Assembly (NCBI GenBank): GCA_964016885.1
Contig: OZ024747.1
Coordinates: forward strand, 25,172,001 to 25,236,000
Origin: Eledone cirrhosa
Lineage: Eukaryota
DNA length: 64,000 nucleotides
Reading direction: 5' to 3'
The notes beneath the pieces are model-generated. The model worked only from the letters and a program-made list of their open reading frames with translations. It had not been told where the DNA came from and made no database searches. Numbering within the stretch: the first letter of the stretch is position 1; each line of letters begins with the position of its first letter. The translations under genes were made by a program, and so were the position numbers. Below are positions 57,244 to 64,000 of this stretch, one piece after another.

Positions 57244-60200
57244 CTACAGGCTGATATAGAGAGAAGGCCCATTCACTCGGGCCCATTCTCGCTACTTTCA
57301 CCCACCTTTCATAAAACTTGCTGGGGTAGAGCACCTCTCTCTCCATTCTGATCCTTCTTCTAAAGTGGTGCTTGAAAAAAAAAGACCAGTTGTTGGCCGG
57401 AGAGATAGGTGTCTGACCTCAGCCCTTTCAACCTTGTCCACCATACAACTTCTTTCGCCATAGCTATCACACAAAGGAAAACCGCCTCTCCTTCGTTTTT
57501 GAAAGGGGGAGGCGGTTTGATCGTGACAATGTTCTCGGTGGTCAACCGGATTGGTCCCACCCGCGACAGTAGTCGTTCCACATAGCCCCACAGATCAGCA
57601 ACGCCCGGGCAGTGTACGAATGCGTGTGTGACGGTTTCCTCGTCACGCACGCATCTCGGACAGATCTTCTTCGAGGGGTCCCTACCCGGGCGCCCGTGTA
57701 TGTAGAGCTTGTCCCGAACGGGTAGAGTAGAGCTCCTCGGTAACATTGCCAAGCCAGGGACTTTTGGAAGTTGTCCATCGGTCCCGGGCCAAACGTCCTA
57801 CCGAACAGACTGGCCAGCTCATCTTCCTCCATGCCCAGAGCCTCTCCGAGAGCGTCGTCGCACTTACTGCGCACCAACCCTCTATAGAATGTTGAGGTTG
57901 AGTTTCCATTGATTGCCGGATCCGCTTGCCAGAGGGCCGTGAGCACCTGGGCACATTCAATGTGCCAGTCGCCCACTTTTCTCGGTCTTTGCTTGACCCA
58001 GGATTGCAGCTCGGTGAGTGAGACGAGTCTCGGAAAGGCTCGCCTCACAAACAGGGCCCACACCGGCTGACCGGTGAGGAATACCTGGAGGTGCCGTAGC
58101 CTTAATGCGTGTCTACGCATCGTCAGCCACGGCATCCCCAGCCCTCCGTTCGAAGGGTGTTGACAGCAGATGGATCTTCTCACCAAAGGAGCCCGCTTCT
58201 TCCAAAGAAATCGGAAGAGCGCGCGCTCCATTTTGGCGAGTGTTTTCTCTGGGCAAGGCACGTCGGTCAAGCGGTAATAGATGACGGACGCTATATAAGC
58301 GTTCGCCACCTCCGCTCGACCTTTCAGGGATAGTTTGCACTCGGCCCACTTCTGGGCGAGTGCAAACACCTTGCCCGTTACCTCGTCCCAGTTTTTCTCC
58401 ACCTGGAGGTCCGGTCCGAACCAGACCCCGAGCAGCTTCACCGGTCTCTCCGTCCAGCGTCCGACGATGCCGTCGGAGGGCATCGTTTTGCCCCTCCACG
58501 TCCCGAGTTGCAAACCGACGGACTTGTCTCGGTTCAGCTTGGCTCCTGTGAACCTTTCATATTCCTCCAGTAAGGTGCCGATCTGCCCAATTTCCGAGGC
58601 GCACGACACCATTACTGTCATGTCATCGGCGTAGGCCGACACCGCTTTCCGCAATCCCGGTTCCAAGGGGATGCCCTGCAACAGCTCCAGCTTCCGCAGT
58701 AGTGGCTCGAGAGCCAGCACATACAGGAGGCAGGAGAGAGGGAATCCCTGTCGGATGGATCGCGTGATGTGGAACGACTCCGAGAGGTAGCCGTTCACCT
58801 TGACCCTCGAGCAGGTGTTGCTGCTGTGCATTGCAGCAATCCAGCCCCTGAAAACGGGTCCGAAGCCTGCCGCCGCGAGCACCGCATCCAGGTACCGATG
58901 GTCAACCCTATCGAACGCCTTAGATTGATCTAAGTTGATCAGGGCCCCACCAAAGCCGAGTTCGTTCCCTACCGTCTCTACGATGTATCGCATGAGGTGG
59001 AGGTTGTCGTGTATGGACCTGGACGGGATTGCGCATGTCTGCGCTTCTCCCACCAGGTTACCGACGACAAGCGCCAACCTCTCTGCTAACACCTTGGCCA
59101 AAATCTTTAACTCTGTGTTTAGCAGAGTTATGGGCCTGAAGTTATCTATGTCATCCCCCTTATTCTCGTCCTTCCTCACCAGCGTGACTACGCTCTTGGT
59201 CACAGAACTGGGAATTCTCCCGTTCTGTTGCCAGTTGCAGTAGACCGCCTCGAGGAGACCGGAAAACAAGCCCGGCATCGCTACATAAAGTTCGTATGGT
59301 AGACCATCGAGACCCGGAGATTTGCGTTTGCCGCATTGGCTCAGCGCTTCCCCTATTTCAGCGGCTGAAATGGGTCTCTCGCAGGACTTCGCCTCCCCGT
59401 CCGAGAGCCGCGCCAGACCGTCGAGGTATGGACCGAAATCCATGGCCCCACCCGGCCCGCCGCCCCTCCCGAACAGTTGTGCAAAGCGCCGTTGAAAGGC
59501 CGCGCTCATCCGCTCAGGTTCAAGGATCACGCGTCCATCCTGGTCCCTCAAAGACCGAATCGTGGACTTGTTTCCACTTTTTGCCTCGGGCCCAGCTAAT
59601 AGCTTTGGCTCCCACGTTACCCAGAGCAGGTATTTTACTCCTGACAACGCAGCCCTCGTGCTTCGCATCAAAGAACTGGTCTAGGGCCGTTCTTGACGCC
59701 AGCACGCCGGCCACGTTGCCACTCCTAATCGCCTTTTCTACTCTATTTGTTAATTCCCTTTCAGTTCTATTCCTATCTGATGCTAATTCCCGACTAAAAC
59801 CTATCGATTCTATTCTAATTTCTCTCTTGAGAGAGCCCCACCACCTGCTGTTGACAATTGCCCCCGTCAAACGCTGCTTAACTAGTGTGCTAATCCGCTT
59901 ACTGTAAGCTTTGTTTGTCGGTAAAGACAAGTTTAGCTTCCAGTAACCGGGTCCCTGTCTATGAGTTCTATCAAGGTTGACCACTCCGGTCACCAACTTG
60001 TGATCCGAATAGTCAACCATGAACATTCGTGGACAGCTCAATATGTCCCTATCCTTATTTCTAACTAGGAACCTATCTATGTACGACCTAGATGTTCCGC
60101 TGCGATTAGTCCACGTCCACAGTGGCACAGTCGGAAAATCTAGTCGATATCTATCGGCCAGATCAAATCGGCCGATTAATCGTTTGAGGCTGTTACATCC

Positions 60201-60680
60201 CCTTCTATCGGGACATGCCCCTACATAGTCCCAACGTGCATCCAGGATACCATTCCAGTCCCCCTCTAAAAGCAAGGAGCGAGACGTTCCCAGGAAATTC
60301 TCCAGGCGTCGGAAGAAGTCCGGTTGTGGTGTCCCAGATGGGGCATACGCTGCCACCAGCCTGAAAGCTCCACCTTCACCACTGCCGACGTCTAAAACCA
60401 CCAGTCGACCCTCCGGGTCCAGGTGTACCTTCTGTGTGGCAAGACCCAGGTATTTTCGCAGCAGAACGACAACCCCACCCTCACCCCTCGGCTGACAGAG
60501 AGATGCGTAGATCTCAAAGTCATCGAAGATGGGGGCTAGTTGGCGCTCGCTGCTGATCCTGGACTCGCAAATAACCATTACATCCACTCTGTGCGACCTG
60601 AGGTCATTTAAGAGTTTGCCCTGTTTCCAGGACATCCCCAGGTCGCGTGCATTCACACATCCAACTCTTATATTGGCCAT
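57244..60680 (-). pseudogene. Tx1 ORF2: AP endonuclease + reverse transcriptase + zinc finger, frameshifted
   Basis: APE motifs NARDL, GDWN, SYIDRF and SDH; RT motifs KSPGLDG, FRPITLLN, DQSKAFD, IRQGFPLS and YADD; CPRC..ETVTHAFVHC. Frameshifts near 59580, 57730 (5-bp ctcta duplication) and 57380. Confidence 0.92.
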
Positions 60681-60722
60681 GTTGGTACTGAAGAGTTAAA
60701 AAGGAAAAGGAAAGGAAATTAC

Positions 60723-62473
60723 TTACCTCTTCGTCTCCTGGGGACCAGGCTGTACAATTTCCATGGGGGTGTTGGAAGGGTTGTTTGGTGGGGTGGTGGT
60801 TTGTGGTGGGGTGAGGACACCAGTGTGTGGTGGGATTAGGGTGTTTGGTGGGGTGTGGGTGTCTGGTGTGGGGGTGGGGAAACATCTCAATAGGACGTGG
60901 TTAAGTGGTTTGGTACAGTTGGTCCCCACATGCATTGGATGGTTCTTTTTCAAAGTTACATAGGTTTGTTCGCTGCGTAGGTGAAAGTGATCCCTTCGGT
61001 TTCCACCGAAGGGTTATTTTCTATTGCTTTCATCAACGTTTTATTGTACTTGTTAATGTATGTATAAAGTTTTTGTTGTGTTGTGTTTGTTTTTGTTTGT
61101 TGTTCTTGTGCGTGTTTGCGTTTTGTAGTATGTGTTATGTTTTGGGGAGGGGGGGGGGTTGTGATGTTTGTTCTGTTTGTGATGGTGGTTGTGTCTTTGT
61201 AGCATTTTTGTTAATGTGGTGCCTTTTTTTTTTCCTTTTCACCTGTTGAAAGGGTCCTCCCTGGGTGACGTTGATACGGAGTCCTCTTCCGTGTTGTTGG
61301 GGAGGGGTATATTTTGGGGTTTTTTTTGTGGTTGCTTTTGTATTTTTTTTAGGTGGGGAGGGGTTGGGTGGAACAGTGTTTTGTGTTGTTATTTTTCCGT
61401 GTTGTTGTGGTTGTTGTTGTTGTTGTGGTGGTGGTTGTGTTGTTGTGTTCGGGGTTGGCAGAAGAGCCTTTTTTTTTTTACTCGTTAATTGAGGACAGGC
61501 AGCCCTCAGGTGACCCCTGCTTAAGCAGTGGTAACATGACGGCCGCCTTCCCTCCACTGAAATGTTTATATAAGTTAGCCCGTCCAGAGGCACGCGTTAT
61601 GGGATATTCACTATTCGTTCTGGGCTCATTTGCACCAGAACTTCTACGCTGGTTCCACCAAATACACCTCCGGAGGACTTTCCTATTGAAATTATCTTGT
61701 CTTCATCAAAGTCAATGATTCCACATAGTATCCACCAAATATTTACATTTGGTGTGATACTCATTATTTTTATTCTTTGTGTCCTTTTTCCCCTGTATGT
61801 GGGGTAAAAGGTGAAGTGGGGGGACACAATGGGTGATACCGAGTACTTTTGTGCATTTGACTGGTTGTTCATTAGCACCGCAATGCTACCAAACAGTTTA
61901 CCTTTTTGTATGAAGGTTATGTCCTTCATTGCAGCTTTTAGAACCAGCTCAATTTCATTTTGTGATAATTGAGCTGGTTTTCTTGTTTCGTTCGATATTG
62001 TCCTGAAAACCATAGTTTCAGGACAGCCTCTCTACGTAATTCCTGTGGAGAATTGATGCTAAAAGCACCGTTTTCGCCAAAAGTCACGAATTGTTTTGCG
62101 TCTTGTAGTAGTTGTTTAGCATTTGTTATGTCTATTGGCGTGTATAGTTCGTTTTTTTTACAGTCTGTGCAAATGTTGTTTTGGTGTTGTTGTCTTTTTT
62201 GTTGCTGCTGTTGTTGTCACTGTTGGTAATATTGTTCAAGTTTTCCTTGGTGTTGCTATTGTTGCAGTTGTTGGTTGTGGTGTTATTGTCATTGTTCTTG
62301 TTGTTGGTGCTGGTATTATTTACCGGGTTTGGTTTCGTGGTTTCAATATTTTCAACGTTTTTCGATAATGCGAGGGGGGAAGGCTGCAAGCTTTGTACTC
62401 CTACCTTCCCTCCACCACTTTTCTTAGTGAACGTGGCACTCACGACAGTGTGCGAGGTGGAAATGGCATCCAT
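60723..62473 (-). pseudogene. Tx1 ORF1 (gag-like, zinc knuckle), broken
   Basis: Segments 62132-62473, 61597-62013 and 61135-61593 (CYHCLSRGHLRAAC). In-frame TAA at 61597-61599 and frameshifts at A-runs near 62155 and 62017. Confidence 0.8.
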
Positions 62474-62729
62474 TGCTGACTACCAAGTCTACACAGTTTT
62501 GAGATGAAAATGAAAATTTCGCCCCAGAAAGGGGCGAAAATTAGTTGACTCAACGTCTGACAGCCCAGGCAAGGGGTTAAACTAAACAATGCTATTAAAT
62601 TGAGCAATGAACTCACAGTTACTTTTGACAATAATCCGTAAAAGTCCGGAGCGAAGTAATTCACGTCTATATCAAGTGGTAATTGATATAGAGAGGAAAT
62701 TGGAAGAGAGTGATGTTTAGTTGATGTAG

Positions 62730-63090
62730 AGAGGGAGAGAGTTTGGTAGTGATGGATAGAGTGAGAAGGGTTGGGAGAGTGTGTCGTATGTTAAATATAG
62801 AGAGGGGGAGAGTTTGGTAGTGATGGATAGAGTGAGAAGGGTTGGGAGAGTGTGTCGTATGTTAAATATAGAGAGGGGGAGAGTTTGGTAGTGATGGATA
62901 GAGTGAGAAGGGTTGGGAGAGTGTGTCGTATGTTAAATATAGAGAGGGGGAGAGTTTGGTAGTGATGGATAGAGTGAGAAGGGTTGGGAGAGTGTGTCGT
63001 ATGTTAAATATAGAGAGGGGGAGAGTTTGGTAGTGATGGATAGAGTGAGAGGGATTGGGAGAGTGTTGTTATATATTAGATATAGAGAGA
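62730..63090. repeat. 71-bp GA-rich minisatellite, ~5 copies
   Basis: gtttggtagtgatgg recurs at 62741, 62812, 62883, 62954 and 63025. A diverged unit also lies at 56900-56990. Confidence 0.93.
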
Positions 63091-63182
63091 CATGTGGTTA
63101 GTATGTCTAATTTACTTTTTTAATCAATTTAAAAGTCACTTGACAGACAAGGAGGAGTATCTAGTATTTCTTTTACTGTAGT

Positions 63183-63480
63183 TCGCTTCCTCTTTGTGCA
63201 CCAGTTGCCGTCGAGACCTCAGGCGTCCTTGGACCCCTTACAACTGACCTCCTTAAAATCGGAATAACAGCAGCCCATCTGAGGAAGGAATACCGCAAGG
63301 TGGGGTGGCTATTGCAGTGGGTGTCGCTGGCCATTGTCCATGGCTATGCCATTACTATTTTTTCCGCGGAGCGCAGCCGAAACACCACTCTGACTTAGGT
63401 GTAGAGACTGTCACCCTCTCTCCTTCTCCCTTTATTTATTTCTTTGCTTAATAATCCTTGCCCTTCCCTCTCATTTATAG
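63183..63480 (+). mobile_element. CRE-clade 3' end fragment
   Basis: PVAVETSGVLGPLTTDLLKIG...GWLLQWVSLAIVHGYA, with the shared 3' UTR. Confidence 0.8.
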
Positions 63481-64000
63481 TTTTTTTACGATGCTACTTT
63501 CTTTTTTTTTATATTTGACTAAATATTGATTTCTTTATTATTTTTATATAATTTTATCCTTGAAATAAAAGATCAGTTTTCTTTAACAAAAATAAAAATA
63601 GACAGAGATAAGTGAATAAGAAATAAAATTTTTAAAAAATGTTAAATAAAGAAGGGCACCGCGAGGCAGAATAAGCATAAAAAAGAAAGAAAAACATGGA
63701 AACCAAGAGAAACTGTTAAGCAGCTAGAAGTTTCTGTTGTTGGATCTTTTTGTAACTTAAAGACTTTGTTTATAGTTGGTAGATCGTTTACCAATATATT
63801 GTATCTCCAATCTTGGTAGCTCTTTGATGATCCGCTTCAAGATGTCCTCTTTCTCAAACTGGTAGTTCCTACTGTGGAATAAATACTGTTAAAGTGTTTC
63901 TAAGAAGTCACCACACGAATATAGAGGTAATTCTCTACGACCTGTTCATAGTTCAGTGGTATATGTCCACTTCGAAGCCAGCATAGATTTTATTTATTTA

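Larger units (their letters stand above)
57004..62670 (-). mobile_element. Near-full-length Tx1/L1-clade non-LTR retrotransposon (disabled)
   Basis: ORF1 with a CCHC knuckle, ORF2 APE-RT-CCHC, and a 3' UTR ending ccctggtggcaaataaatagaaa. The 5' boundary is approximate. Confidence 0.92.

Noticed and set aside
57244-62473. Idea that the Tx1 element is intact and broken only by homopolymer sequencing errors
   Set aside because: It also has a 5-bp duplication (~57730) and an in-frame TAA (61597), which look like real mutations.
62730-63090. CRISPR-like regular repeats (also 20381-20530)
   Set aside because: Contiguous tandem units with no unique spacers, no cas genes, and a eukaryotic context.
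63740-63880. Minus-strand coding-like stretch (FHSRNYQFEKEDILKRIIKELPRLEIQYIGK)
   Set aside because: Short and stop-bounded; perhaps a LINE ORF1 remnant but not assignable from the sequence alone.

Overview
This is AT-rich, repeat-dense animal genomic DNA. The SINE/MITE repertoire and (TA)n load suggest an octopus/coleoid cephalopod; that is inference only. Genes: coding exon 1 of Rab18 (1531-1601, +), whose later exons I could not find in the window; a 3-coding-exon gene (24363-33212, +; 444 aa) encoding a low-complexity N-terminus, a coiled coil and a C-terminal KCTD/T1-type BTB domain; and possibly two small exons of a divergent gene at the far left. A 6.4 kb (TA)n array (5656-12025) generates all of the long YI/IY ORFs, which are spurious. 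A 200-N scaffold gap lies at 12867-13066. Mobile DNA: a near-full-length but disabled Tx1/L1-clade LINE (57004-62670, -) plus truncated relatives; four remnants of CRE-clade (restriction-like endonuclease) retrotransposons, one with a PHD finger; a Helitron helicase remnant; RTE fragments; tRNA-derived SINEs; and hAT, Tc2 and piggyBac-like MITEs. The most interesting signal is not visible in the ORF track: at least five minimal type-I hammerhead ribozymes with (near-)palindromic stem III (Penelope/retrozyme type), most in short inverted duplications beside (TA)n. The best one (12354-12397, -) lies in a 289-nt circularly permuted monomer. An adjacent inverted copy starts at the predicted self-cleavage site, which suggests a retrotransposed self-cleaving (possibly circular) RNA.
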